Below are positions 40,198 to 55,365 of a stretch of DNA of 64,000 nt, one piece after another. Both the position numbers and the translations under genes were made by a program. The stretch lies in assembly GCA_951406725.2 (NCBI GenBank), contig OX597821.1, positions 91,822,001-91,886,000 of the forward strand, read 5' to 3'. Origin of the DNA: Octopus vulgaris (taxonomy: Eukaryota). Under the pieces are notes generated by a model that did not search any database, was not told where the DNA came from, and worked only from the letters and a program-made list of their open reading frames with translations. Every line of letters starts with the position of its first letter. Position 1 is the first letter of the stretch.

Positions 40198-40575
40198 CAT
40201 CACCATCATCATCATCATCATTATTTAATGTCTATTTTCCATGCTAGCATGAGTTGGACAGTTTGACCAGAGCTTGTAAGGCTGGGGGATGCATCAGACT
40301 CCATCGTCTGTTTTGGGATGCTTTCTGTGGCTGGATGCCCTTCCTAATGCTAACCACTCCACAGAGCGTACTGGGTGCTTTTTATTTGGCACCAGCACCA
40401 GGGCTTCTAACATAGCACTAGTGCAAGTGCTTTTTATATGGCACCAGCACTGGTATTAATTCTGCAGTGGGGGATGGGTCTACTTGAGTACAGCAAGGTG
40501 CTAGATATCTCAGTCCTTTGTTATTTCCTTTGTAAGGAGCAGTGTCTTGAGATTGGCCTTCAATACTTCATCTGT
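40198..40575 (-). mobile_element. RTE LINE 3' end (ORF2 C-terminus + 3'UTR + GAT tail)
   Basis: Minus strand EVLKANLKTLLLTKEITKD*DI*HLAVLK is contiguous with the same 3'UTR motif, which ties this tail family to RTE. Further copies at 18750-18945, 19050-19440 and 39928-40140. Confidence 0.7.
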
Positions 40576-41029
40576 GTGGGGGGAGGAAGGGGAGATGGTC
40601 TTTATGCCAGGTGCTTAGAGGCCACAAGCATATGTGATAGAAGGAGAGACAAGAACAGGTAGCTAGCCAATTGACTAGTTGAGTGTCCGACTAATCATTT
40701 GAACTTTCTATCAAACAATAGGTTTGTCAGAGTCCTTCATCACCCTTTGCAAGGTCATCAATGACACTCTCACACTCCAGTTCTGTCACACTACAAATGA
40801 AAGCAGATGTGCTGTGTTTTATTTTCTGTATTTATGATAGGTTTTGGTACATGTGTAAGTGTGTGAATGTATGTGCGCTTGGCTTACAATTTAACTGTGT
40901 GCATGTTTACACACGTGTGGATGTATGTGCATGCATGCATGATGCCTGTTGTTCCTGTATCCTTATATTTTTGCTATTTAGGTACATCGTAATTCAATGA
41001 TTCTAACATTTCTTTCGTATTTTTCTCCA

Positions 41030-41257
41030 TTACTCTTTTACTCTTTTACTTGTTTCAGTCATATGACTACAGCCATGCTGGAGCACCACCTTTAGGCAAG
41101 CAAATCGATCCTAGGACTTATTCTTTGTAAGCCTAGTACTTATTCTATCAGTCTGTTTTGCCAAACCGCTAAGATACAGGGATGTAAACACACCAGCATT
41201 GGTTCTCAAGCAATGCTGGGGGTACAAACATAGACACACAAACACACACACACACAT

Positions 41258-41342
<85 letters not shown>

Positions 41343-41496
41343 CGATGGGATTCTTTCAGTTTCCGTCTACCAAATCCACTCACAAGGCTTTGGTCAGCTA
41401 TAGCAGAAGACACTTGCCCAAGGTGCCACGCAGTGGGAATGAACCCAGAACCATGTGGTTGGTAAGCAAGCTACTTACCACACAGCCACTCCTGCG
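41030..41496 (-). mobile_element. SINE family A copy
   Basis: Reverse-complement match. Confidence 0.88.
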
Positions 41497-42579
41497 TCTA
41501 TACTGTTTATTATTATAAACCAACAACTTAACTTATTAACCAGTTAGTTAATTGATTGTTTTACTAATCATTTGATCTACCATTCACTTTATTAAATAAG
41601 TAAGTAGCAGTTATTTCCAGCATGTTGGGCAACTATTAAATGGAACTTCAATAGGAAAGGTTGCACAATACTTAGGAAATGGAAAGTGTGGAAACAGAAT
41701 TCAGATTAACATAGCTGGATTATGTTTGTGATAGTCATCAAACATTTAGAATACAGAATCTATATTTACCTGGAGTGCTAATTGTTTAGTATACAACAGT
41801 ATATCTAACTATATTATGCATTTCAAAAGCGAAAGCAGTGAAATTGTAATTACAAAATGTGATGAATATTGAAAACAGATCTGACACATAAGCTTATTAG
41901 TGATTATTAGTAATGCTTCAATAACTGAAAATATGAAAACAAAGGTTGTGGCGAAAAATAATTAATGATTGGAAATGACAGAAAGAAATCACAATTAGAG
42001 ATAGTTATAATGAGAATGACTGAAAAAGGAAAAAAAAAAACAAAAATGAATGAGACAGGAAAACAAAAACAAAAAAAAAATAAATGTAGGAATGAAATAG
42101 AAATACAATTGAAATTTTCTGTTATTCAAAATAGAAAATGAATTGAAGCAAGTTTACTCAAATGTGAATTTGAAATCCCATTGTATGCATGGCAACAGGA
42201 AGAAGTGGTAGCTAACTCCTTATAGTCACAGTAAAAACAAAAAAAATGACAGGAGGACGGAGTGATGGATATAAATATTTTAATCCGGTTGTGTGTTTGT
42301 ATGGACATGAAGGCCTACTTGTATTCATCTCCACTAGCTAATATACTGAAAATGAGTGACCAGCTGAAGTACATGGTCACCTACTCAAGAACTTCTTGAA
42401 ACTATTTCCAGTCATTTCATTTCTTTTCTCATATAAATTTTACACTCGTTATGTGCATGCTAAGAGTGTCTAACATTTTTGTAGGTAACACACACACACA
42501 CACCACCACCACCACTACCACAACCACTCGAAGAAAAAGGAATATGTTCATGACTATGCTGTATTCTTTTGACCACATA

Positions 42580-42973
42580 TCTTTATATATAAAAGAGAAG
42601 TTGTGTATCTGTCTCCTACGATTTAGATTCCTAACTACTCCCACATTTTGCAGTGCAGTTTAACCAAAACCGGGTATCTTATAGTCGTGGTTCATATCGA
42701 GCCCTTCTGTGTATTAGCGCACGTCAACGATGAGTCTACGATTTAAAAAAAATTTACCATCAATTTTTCCCATATTTTATGCATTTTTGGCATATATAAG
42801 GGAAGTAACTCTCTAAAAATTTATTATTAAATCTCAGAACGTAAAAAGCTACAGTAACGCCCACCCCCTTTGTAGTTAGCCATATTGAGATGGCTATTAT
42901 ACTTTACATCTCTAAAAATGCTTATGTAATTATTTCCCTTATAAACCCGAGCAACGCCAGGCGATACTGCTAG
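42580..42973 (+). mobile_element. Non-autonomous Helitron copy 2
   Basis: A|TC start, CCCGAGCAACGCCAGG hairpin, CTAG|T end. Homologous to copies 1 and 3. Confidence 0.85.
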
Positions 42974-43103
42974 TTTTTATTAAAGTGGTGTGCATGCCGG
43001 GCAAAGATCAATGAAACAAATTTCAGTTCTGCATTGCAGTCAATGTAATCGACTAGCCCCCCACCCCCAAGTTTTCGGGTTTCTGTCTATAGTAGAAAGG
43101 ATT

Positions 43104-43166
<63 letters not shown>

Positions 43167-43167
43167 G

Positions 43168-43720
43168 AATGAGAGAGCGGTGCATGCCATCAATGTGACA
43201 CTGGGGTAAAAGATACCAAGCCCAGTATACCCATCATGACTACCCGTCTGATAAGGGTACACCCGGCACATGCATCACAACCATATGTGCGTGACATGGC
43301 GATCTCATATCAAGATAAACAGCACATGACCTTGCAGCAGGGGCCCAACTAGAATTTTCTTCTGGTTGAGTAACCCATCCCACTCAAAAGGTCCCTGAAT
43401 AAGGGTTGTTTAAGGATGTTGAATGAACCACCCATGTTTCCAGAGGTGAATTATTCAAACCCAAAGAATCCCTCTCAACACACGGCTATGATTCTCCCCC
43501 GCTACTTCTGCTCGTGATCAGAGATGCACTTATCGTCAGCCACTAAGGGACATGGTCAACTGGTTAAGGTCAAACAACTGACAAGCAAATCTGTGGTATT
43601 GAGCAGAATATTTGCTGTAGCCCATCTTTTATACCAAGACAAAACAATGTACATGATAACACTTCCAATCAGTTAAGATCAGAAGCCACTACAGCCACTG
43701 CCCAGCACTGCATCGGGGCA
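43168..43720. mobile_element. Unclassified ~550-bp insertion within an (ATT)n tract
   Basis: Higher-complexity, higher-GC block flanked directly on both sides by (ATT)n. Confidence 0.45.
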
Positions 43721-43924
43721 TTATTATTATTATTATTATTATTATTATGATTATTATTATTATTTTACTTTTAATCTGCATGTTTGTTACAATCACTTGT
43801 CAAGACACTCCAAGTGTCCTAGGGTGAGTGAAGGCTAAGAGATGTTATAGTATGACTGAAAGCTTGGGGAGGGGAAGTGGTAGGGGGATTAGCAAAATAT
43901 CTTCATGCAATACAACACAGACAT

Positions 43925-44290
43925 TTAAATAGATAGGATTTTTTTTAAAGATGTGGGCAGTACTTGTCAGCACAATGTTTTGGATTTCTTTGAGACATGG
44001 TTCTCCTGGGATCTTATCTAAATGTTTCTGACATCCTTTGTTTATCTAGGGCAGTGGTTTTCAACCAGGGTTCTGCGGAACCTTAGGGTTCCACCAGTAC
44101 AGTCCAGGGGTTCCGCAAGAAGTTACAAAACTGCTAAAATCGGCAGTAATTTTTAAGTCTCCTGTGCAGATATGTGTGCATAAGACTATTAAATTATTGC
44201 ACAGGGGTTCCTCGAGCCAGTGGAATGTTTCCCTTGGGGTTCCGTTCCAGCAAAAAGTTTGAAAAGCATTGATCTAGGGCACCTACATAT
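43925..44290 (-). pseudogene. C-terminus of an RLE-type (R4/NeSL-like) non-LTR retrotransposon, split by the hAT MITE
   Basis: After removing the MITE: VGAL..NKGCQKHLDKIPGEPCLKEIQNIVLTSTAHIF. Confidence 0.65.
44052..44271. mobile_element. hAT (Charlie-like) MITE, 220 bp
   Basis: TIRs CAGTGGTTTTCAA / TTGAAAAGCATTG, an exact 8-bp TSD ATCTAGGG (44044-44051, 44272-44279), and repeated GGGTTCC subterminal motifs. Confidence 0.92.
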
Positions 44291-44394
44291 CGAGGACCTT
44301 TCTTGCAATCATTGCTATTCCCCACAGAGCACATTTATGAGTTAATGCAACTCTTGTAGTTACACCAATCTTAATAAGGGAACTGTTAAGTCTG

Positions 44395-44715
44395 TTGGTG
44401 AGAGTACCTAAGGCGCCTACAACAACTGGAATTACTTTTGTAGAAACCCTCCACAGATGTCATATTTCCCAAGCCAAATCCCAGTATTTTCCTATTTTCC
44501 CTCACTTGCTCTTTGACTGCTACATTCATGTCTGCAGATATAGCTACATTTATGATGGTTCACTCTTTTTTCTCCCTTATTAAGCACCATAATATCCGGT
44601 CACTTGACATGAATTTCACGACCAATTTGTACATTAAAATCCTATAAAATCTCGTATCTGTTATTTTCTATAGCACTTCTTGGTTGTTGTTCATACTATT
44701 TTCGTCTTGCACCAT
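44395..44715 (-). pseudogene. Restriction-like endonuclease domain fragment of an R4/NeSL-like LINE
   Basis: YEQQP..IENNRYEIL*DFNVQ..*PDIMVLNK..IINVAISAD..KY.DLAWEI*HLW..KVIPVVVGALG. Confidence 0.75.
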
Positions 44716-44930
44716 GGTTCCTCTGCTCTGTGGCAGAAGTAGGAAGAAAGAGTGAGAGAAAGTTGTAATGAAAGGGTACAGCAGGGTTCACTCCCCCACC
44801 ACCACCGGAGCCTCATGGAGCTTAGGTGTTTTTGCTCAATAAACACTCACAATGCCTGGTCTGGGAATCGAAACCGCATTCTTACGACCGCGAGTTCGCT
44901 GCCCTAACCACTGGGCCATTGCGCTTCCAC
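44716..44930 (-). mobile_element. tRNA-derived SINE, same head/body as 14809-15197, truncated
   Basis: Reverse complement of the same head (CCCTAACCACTGGGCCATTGCGC) and body (GAGTGAGAGAAAGTTG). Confidence 0.85.
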
Positions 44931-45850
44931 TTGCTGTTGTTGTAATTGTTATCTAGGCAATAAAGAGATAGAAGCAATAGATGGCTGTACTAAATGCCTT
45001 ACAGCATTTAGTCTTATTTCTTTATGATTGGAGTTAAAATCCTGTTGAGGTCAACTTTGCTTTTCACCCTTCTGCTATTGATAAAATAACCACCATTCAT
45101 TTTACTTGAGTCAATTCAATTGAATATACTTCTCCCTTACAAATATATGGCCTTAAATGAGGAAGTTAGAAATCATTATTTTTTTATTATCTTTATCATT
45201 AATATTATCTAAATCGTTATTATTATTGACATTATTAATATTAATTCTTTCTAACTTCTTGGATTCTTGATTATCAAGTTATATACTTGGCCTTTGTTTA
45301 TTTCTTCTTTTTGTTTCAATATCACAGTATTTTGGAATTAATAGCATTCTTAATTAATCACATTTCTCCATGAATTTTCCAAGGATTCATCGACACAAAT
45401 TAAATTCCACACGCTTCTCATACACTCAACATTTATCATTTTTTAAAACTTTTTTCTTTGTCTTTTTATTCTTATTTTTCATCTGTCTACCATTATTATA
45501 AATTCCAAATTTTTCGATGGAATTGCTTCACACTTCTATTTAAATGTGACAAATATTGTTAGCTACAAGAATGCAATATTGATACTCTCTGGGTTGTTTG
45601 TAATTGTATGTTCATGTACGTATATGTGTATATGCTTAGAACTACAAATGAATATGTAAACTTATATGTATATGAGTGCAGATATAAACATACCTGTATA
45701 GGTATACATATATGTGTGTATATGCACACACAAATGCACACATATATATCTAATATACATATACTTGTGTGCATATATATATATAGATATAGATATATCC
45801 CTCACACTCTCTCCATATATATACATACACACACACACATACACACACAT

Positions 45851-45897
<47 letters not shown>

Positions 45898-46118
45898 CAC
45901 ACACACATGTCTGTGTATGTGTATGAATGTATATGTATATAAGATGATAATTACATCTGTGTGTGTTTAATCATAGAGAGAGTTAGATGCAAATTTCATA
46001 TATATATATATATACATTATATACATACACACATATATATATATTATGTATTTATATGCATATACAAGTGTATAAATATATATATATATATATATATACT
46101 GTATGTGTATATACATAC

Positions 46119-46162
<44 letters not shown>

Positions 46163-46174
46163 ATATATATGTAT

Positions 46175-46226
<52 letters not shown>

Positions 46227-46461
46227 CAGGATACTGAAACCTAGCAGTGTGCATACATTCAGTTTCATGTAATTGGACATGCCCAACCAATAAATGCACT
46301 CACTCGCATGCGTCTTTGTGCACATGTGGAGATGTATGTGAGTCGGGTTACACGAAAGTAGAGTGATATTACTGTACTTCCAGCCGTATTCCCTTCCTTA
46401 TTTATTATTGTACAGCTCTTCGTGGATATATACGAATCTGTGCCTGTATTCGTGTACATGC

Positions 46462-46492
<31 letters not shown>

Positions 46493-47246
46493 TGTATAAG
46501 CTAACAAAAAAAAAAACACTTTTATGCAGCTAGATTAATATATGATGTGAGAGCCACTGTTATTTTCAGTCCAGTACTGTACCGTGGTGCTATGGTGGTG
46601 ATTACATAGGCAAAAGCAAATCAGAAAATTCATCAATATTCCAATAGAATTCGAGAAAGAAAAATAAGTAAAGCAATCTATCAATAAATAAATAAATAAA
46701 TTACTTTTCTGCGATGTATTGTCGATATGTCTCGTTGTGATAGAGTAATCAACATGGCTTAGTTAAAGTCTTAGGATTTAGTAGAATGGAGATACGTGTT
46801 TTTTTTTTTCCTTCATTGTTGTTGTCATTTTGGTCAGCAGGAATTTTAGCAGAGGCTGTATGTAATATAAAAGTTGAATGTGATAGATCTTAAATTCAGA
46901 TTTGGCACTGATATATATAACGGTGAACGTTCAATTGTTAACAGAATGAAGAGCTGAGATGAAGGAAGTTTTATCTATTTCAATGAACTTTTTCCATTGG
47001 ATCATCATCAGCAGCAGCATTGTGATCATCACCATTGTCATCGTCATCATCATCATCATCATCATTATCATAATCATCACCATCATTACCATCGAGGTCA
47101 TCATCAACATTACTGTCATCGTTGTCATCATTATCATCTTCTTTGTCACCATCATCATCATCATCATCATCTTTGTCATTGACTTCTTAATTGCCATCTG
47201 TGTGTGCGTGTGTGTGTGTGTATGTGCACCTGTGTGTGAGCATATA

Positions 47247-47478
47247 CAGTTGCGGCCAAAATGTTCAGAACGGCATTGTTTTCGTCAGAAGAGTAAGTAT
47301 AAGTTTTTATCAAAGTTGTTTTATATTCTATAATTTTCTCAGACAATAAATTGTTATTGTCTGAGATCTTGGTGTAATTTGAGATGATAATACAAAAGTT
47401 ATGGATGATTTAGTGATTTACTGCAAAACCCATGGCGGCCAAAATGATCAGAATGGTTGCTTTTACTCAGTGTTTTAG
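47247..47478 (+). mobile_element. Solo left TIR of the same Tc1 family as 61085-62709
   Basis: TA|CAGTTGCGGCCAAAATGTTCAGAACGG... is near-identical to 61085-61327. It is truncated at GTGTTTTAG. Confidence 0.93.
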
Positions 47479-47814
47479 CCCGAGGAGATCATCGTCTCCA
47501 GCTGGCTTTAGGCACACTTTCTGTGCTCTTATGGTATTTGCAAAGGGAGGTCATCCCTCTCTCATCAACCTAAGTGATACGCACGGACTGCAGTTTCTAG
47601 GTATTTGCCTGTCTTCGGCGTACGGCAATCACCAGTTTTCGATGAAGGGAGACCGTTTGCAAATACTTATTTATTGTTTTTCCAGTAACTAGGCAAATAC
47701 CTAGAAACTGCAGTCCGTGCGTATCACCTACGTTGACCTCCCTTTGCAAATACCATAAGGGCACAGAAAGTGTGCCTAAAGCCAGCTGGAGACGATGATC
47801 TCCTGGCGCTAAAA
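47473..47814. repeat. Fold-back (~125-135 bp inverted arms 47473-47610 / 47691-47814) of a hammerhead-bearing, Penelope pLTR-like repeat
   Basis: Arms GGAGATCATCGTCTCCAGCTGGCTTTAGGCACAC...TTTCTAGGTATTTGCCT and its near-exact reverse complement. Minus-strand motif CGTACG-CCGAAGA-CAGG(CAAATA)CCTA-GAAA-CTGCAG-TC-CGTGCG at 47574-47632. Confidence 0.85.
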
Positions 47815-48281
47815 GCTATAGTAACACCCACCCTTAGTGGTTAGCCATATAGAGATGGCTAGTATACTTTACGTTGTCGAGCGGTTACTGTTTACATCTA
47901 GTTCAGAGATTTATTATTGCTTATATAATTATTATTATCATTCTGCTTCTCTTTCCTACCTTCTTTTTCTGTACTGTCAGTTATTTCCAACTCTCCCCTA
48001 CCAACCAACCCCATTTCACGTGTTTCATCAATAGTACACCACTCCTTATTCCCCATTCACTGCAGTCACCCCTCAATGTGGGTTTCAACCTTGTTAATTA
48101 ACTGCTTGGCACGGATCAGATAGCTTTTCTCGCACTTTGCAGCCATAAATTGGCTTCTTAATACATACAACTTGTATCAAATGTCTGTATGCACCCTTAT
48201 TCTGATAATGCACTCTACCACTGAAGTTGTTCGTTTATGTCCCTCATTGATTTTCCAAGATCATCATCAGGTGCAAGACAG

Positions 48282-48500
48282 GGCCGTGGCCGTTTGCCAG
48301 CCCCGTCTGGCACCTGTGCCGGTGGCACGTAAAAAGCACCCACTACACTCACAGAGTGGTTGGCGTTAGGAAGGGCATTCAGCCGTAGAAACATTGCCAG
48401 ATCAGACTGGGCCTGGTGCAGCCTTCTGGCTTCCCAGACCCCAGTTGAACCGTCCAACCCATGCTAGCATGGAAAGCGGACGCTAAATGATGATGATGAT
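48282..48500 (+). mobile_element. RTE-type 3' end (young copy)
   Basis: GTGCCGGTGGCACGTAAAAAGCACCCACTACAC..(GAT)n. Confidence 0.85.
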
Positions 48501-48519
48501 CATAGATAACATTTTGAAA

Positions 48520-48845
48520 TCAATGGATGAATTGTGTTTTCCTGAGAGTGTTTGAACTTTTAGAATGCTTTTTTTCTCTTTGACACAATTGAAACATTCC
48601 TGCCAGAGGATTTCAATCTCACCAAAACTTTATGTAGAGAAGCTCTTGTCACATTTAGAAAGGTAATAATTTCTAAATTGCTACGTTCTGCACACAGGTC
48701 AACAATGAATGCATACCTTTGCCTTTCTTTTATTAGTGTTTTATCTAGCAAGGGAGATCTGAAAGCAATAAAAACCTTTTTATTGGTTTGACGAGAGTAA
48801 TATACTGATAATTAAGCATTCTGAAATACCACTCACACACTGTAT
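48520..48845 (-). mobile_element. 5' fragment of a Tc1/mariner (maT-like) transposon
   Basis: ORF 48560-48751 resembles an N-terminal transposase HTH (RYAFIVDL..SNLEIITFLNVTRASLHKV..SKRKK). A TA|CAG-type end lies near 48845. Confidence 0.5.
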
Positions 48846-49392
48846 TTCAAGAAAACCTGTTTCATTATATTACTAGCAATTTATATATTAAAAAGAAGCT
48901 CTTCTATTTTATATAAATTATACTAATTACTGTCTGTAATGGAATTCTAACTAACGGCGAAAAAGGAACACTATCATATTCTTGAAGATTGTCACTGAGT
49001 TTAACAAGTAAATAATAATTTATATCAATATAAAGTAAAATAGAAATAGGAGCAAGAGCAGATATATGTCAGGATGCTGTGAGATGTGGGGAAAATTAAC
49101 ATCTCTGGTAGAGAAGCAGAGAGATTCACTAAACGAGAAAGATCTCAATTCATAACAGTTTTAGTTTCAGCAGAGTGTGTATTTTTTCGCTGATTTCATT
49201 TTACAAGCACATTTTATTATTACATAAACTTAAGTGCTGACAGCTTGAAGGAAAGATGACTTCTGTATTGTATTGTTCCTGGCCTTTTCATATTAACAAG
49301 AGAAATATAAGTGAAGAGGAACAGTTATATAAAGGGACCATAATGAGATACCAGTTAATGCTTTCTAGTATTGGGTCAGTGTACTTCTATAA

Positions 49393-49698
49393 TCTTTATA
49401 TATAAAATTGAAGTTGTGTGTGTGAGACTCTGTCTCCTCCGATTTAGATTCCTAACTACTCCCACATTTTGTGGTGCAGTTTAACCAAAAGCGGGTATCT
49501 TATAGTCGTCATTCATATCAAGCCCTTCTGGGTATTAGCGTGTCTACGATGAGTCTCCGATTTAAAAAAAAAATTTACCATAATTTTTCCGCATTTTTAA
49601 TGATTTTTGCTCGGGTTATATAAGGGAAGTAACTCTCTAAAAATGCTTATATAGTTATTTCCCTTACAAACCCAAGCAACGCCGGGCGATACTGCTAG
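49393..49698 (+). mobile_element. Non-autonomous Helitron copy 3
   Basis: A|TC start, CCCAAGCAACGCCGGG hairpin, CTAG|T end. Confidence 0.85.
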
Positions 49699-49817
49699 TG
49701 TATGATGTATTAGCACAAGTAGAGCTAAACAGTTTCTAGTAAGAAATAAAACAGAGTCACAGACACCATTCATTACCATTTCTTATAACTGATCAACATT
49801 AACCACATTTTTTTAAT

Positions 49818-50225
49818 CCTTTTATTCTCTTACTTGTTTCAGTCATTTGGCTGTGGCCATGCTGGAGCACAGCCTTGAAGGGTTTTAACCAAACAAATTG
49901 ATCCCAGAACTTATATTTTTAAGACCTAGCATTTTATTCTATTAGTCTCTTTTGCTGAACCAATAGGTTACACGGACGTTAACACACCAACACCGGTTGT
50001 CAAGTAGTGATGGGGGTACAAACACAAAGACATACATACACACATATACATACATCTATGTATACATATATATGTGGCAGGCGTCTTTCAGTTCCCATCT
50101 ACCAAATCTACTCACAAAGCTTTGGTCACCCCGAGGCTATAGTAGAAGACACTTGTCCTATGTTCCTTGTAGTGGGACTGAACCCAGAACCATGTGGTTG
50201 GGAAGCAATCTTCTTACCACACAAC
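49818..50225 (-). mobile_element. SINE family A copy
   Basis: Reverse-complement match; head-to-head with the next copy. Confidence 0.85.
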
Positions 50226-50385
50226 TACACAGTGAAATTTGTATCTCGCTGGGGATCATATTAATGTGACATTACAGCATTATACATCAAGTTAGTTTGA
50301 TAGAACATGTCTCATAAAGCTACACACACTGTATCAATCATTTTCAAACTGACACATGCAAACATTCCCCACCAAAAAGAACAAA

Positions 50386-50768
50386 GCAGGAGTGGTTGTG
50401 TGATAAGTAGCGTGCTTACCAACCACATGGTTCCGTGTTCAGTCCCACTGCGTGGAACCTTGGACAAGTGTCTTCTACATGTGAGTGGATTTGGTAGACA
50501 GAAACTGAAAGAAGCCCATCATATATACATATGTGTGTGTGTGTGTGTTCATGTATATGTTTGTGTGTCTGTGTTTGCCCCCCAACATCGCTTGATAACT
50601 GATGCTGGTGTGTTTACACCCCCGTCACCTAGCGGTTCAGCAAGAGAGCCCGATAAGATAAGTACTAAGCTTACAAAGAATAAGTCCTGGGGTCGATTTG
50701 CTTGACTAAAGGCGGAGCTCCAGCATGGCCGCAGTCAAATGATTGAAACAAATAAAAGAATAAAAGAA
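50386..50768 (+). mobile_element. SINE family A copy
   Basis: Direct match to 5942-6341. Confidence 0.88.
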
Positions 50769-51002
50769 AGAATTAAAAGCAAAAGATTTTTGAAAAATTT
50801 TTGCTCTACATTTTTTATTAAAAAGAAATCAAAATAGAATCTGTGGACTATTAATACTTCTTTCAACAGGTATTTGATTATTGGACTTCTCGGAATTTAT
50901 GACTATGAAAATACTATTAATTTTATTTATTTCAAACCAGTTTCACTATAGACACTCCAGGATGTCTAGCAAGGAGCTACAACAAGCTATAGTGTAGAGT
51001 AT

Positions 51003-51237
51003 ACCTATTTCTTTACTACCCACAAGGGGCTAAACACAGAGGGGACAAACAAGGACAGGCAAATGGATTAAGTCGATTACAGCAACCCCAGTGCGAAACT
51101 GGTACTTATTTCATCGACCCCGAAAGGATGAAAGGCAAAGTCGGCCTCGGCAGAATTTGAACTCACAACGTAATGGCAGACGAAATACGGCTATGCATTT
51201 TGCCCGGTGTGCGAACGTTTCTGCCAGCTCACCGCCG
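51003..51237 (-). mobile_element. SINE family B monomer
   Basis: Reverse-complement match to 17999-18220. Confidence 0.88.
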
Positions 51238-51757
51238 TATGTGTACAGTATACCAATGGCTTGATGTAGTTCATTGCTACACTTCCTAAAGAGAGCCAGC
51301 ATGAAAGCATGAGTGAAATGTCATCAGCCAGCAAAGTTGATGGAATGTGAACTAACAACCTGCCAGTTAACAGAATATACATTATCAATTCAGTCAGTTA
51401 CAGAAACTTTCTATACACCGTAGAGTTGGTAAGACTTTTGAAAACTTCATTCAAATCATTGAAAACGACAGAAATTAAGTGGTCGTAATAATAGTATATA
51501 TGATTGCCAAAATTAGTCAGTTTGACAACACATCTATACATACAAAACATTAAACTATAAGCAACATAAATCATGTGCAAAAGACAAAAGCAACAAAAAA
51601 GGAATACCATTAAGATTCCTAGCAAATTTTTAATTAACAGTAAGAGCTGTCTATATACATTTTCTGCCTACTTTTAAAAGATTATATCACTAACATTAGG
51701 GCCTTTACTTTTTATCTCTGAAACCTCTTTGCCTCTCTTTCGCTCTCTCTACCTCTC

Positions 51758-53747
<1,990 letters not shown>

Positions 53748-53751
<4 letters not shown>

Positions 53752-54015
53752 CCTCGCCTGGCCCTCGTGCCGGTGGCACATAAAAGCACCATCCGTTCGT
53801 GGCCGTTTGCCAGCTCTGTCTGGCACCAGTATGGCATAAGCACCCACTACATCACGGAGTGGTTGGCGTTAGGAAGGGCATCCAGCCGTAGAAACACTGC
53901 CAGATTTGACTGGGCCTGATGAAGCCTTCTGGCTTCACAGACCCCAGTAGAACTGTCCAACCCATGCTAGCATGGAAAACGGACACTAAACGATGATGAT
54001 GATGATGATGATGAT
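53748..54015 (+). mobile_element. RTE-type 3' end (young copy)
   Basis: Same motif and tail, inserted in a TA tract. Confidence 0.85.
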
Positions 54016-55365
54016 ATATATATATATAGATAGATAGATAGATAGATAGATAGGTAGATAAACAGACAGACAGACACATAGATACATACATACATACATA
54101 CATACATACATACATACATACGTACATACATACATGCGTATCATTATAGTTTGCCTTTTAACAATGTAGTTTTAAGTTCGGTCTCATTGCATAGCATGTT
54201 GCCTTGGGCAAGTGTTTTCTACTGTAGCCTTGAGCCAACCTGTGCTTCATACAAAGAATTTGCAGGCAGACATTCTACAGAAGCATACTCTGTATTAAAT
54301 ATAGTTTTATAAATCTGTCAGTGTTGAGGGTACACGTGTGTGTGTGTATGTGTGTGTAGAGTTTCAATACATTCCACTTCTATACAGCATGCCATTATCT
54401 AGGGATAAATTACTGTAAATTAGTGAGTGTATTTAGGACCTTAACCCAGCATGAAATTATAGTATATCTGCTTCACTGGCATTGTGGATCACCTTCATTC
54501 ACCCAGTTCAGTTTTTATACATCAGAGAACTTGAATTAGCACTGAACAGGAATTGCACCAAAACTGCACCAACTCCTTATGACAATCAGACATTTCTAAC
54601 AAAACTAAAAACTGTATTATCAAATATTCTCTTGGCATAAAATCTGGATTTTCAAAGACAAAATGTTTCAAGTTGCCTGTTGCATTGGGATTTCTTGGGT
54701 TTTGAAGGCAAGGTTTTCATACCCCCGATGGATGAAGCTCTTAAGATATTTGTTCATAATAGTCTGGTTGATGTTTGATGAGTAAAGAGGTGAATTATCT
54801 TTAGAGTGTACATAGATAAAAAGAGCTTTGAGTAAACAGCTTGTTAATGCATAGCATACAGAATAAAGAGAAACATAATTAAAGTTTGAGGCACACCCAG
54901 ATTGACATTATATGGATTGACATGAGCTGTATGAACAATAGACTGTAACAGTATGACAAGCAGACTTTTGGTGCCAGAGATAAGACATAGGTAATGTATC
55001 CTTTTCCCTGCCATAATATTATTCAGTGATTCACATGCTAGATATGATGAAAGATTTTTCTGGTGACATGTGGAAAGAACATTTTCTTTTCCAGACTTTC
55101 CCAAGAGCAATAAAACAATCAGATGTTGTATAGGAAAGCAAAACCATAATGAGAAATGCTATTGGTTTCTGAGTAGGATTGGTATATAGAGTTATAAAGT
55201 ATGTGATTATTTACGTTTATCCTGATATTACTGGAGATGTTGACTCGTATTGTTAGATTAGAAGTTAACAGGGTCAGTGAAATCGACCTATTTAGGCAAT
55301 GAGATACCAATTCCATGTTTCCACATCTCTATCAGATTTCTTACTAGTATCCTCCCCTATCCATT

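Noticed and set aside
46310-46460. Ig-strand-like peptide ([22 protein letters not shown]) on the minus strand
   Set aside because: No convincing splice sites and the motif spacing is wrong. Likely chance.
46997-47182. His-rich ORF
   Set aside because: Degenerate (CAT)n microsatellite.
54560-55330. Possible old LINE coding remnant (also 2760-3600 and 4270-5150)
   Set aside because: No recognisable conserved motif could be read by eye. A translated search would be needed.
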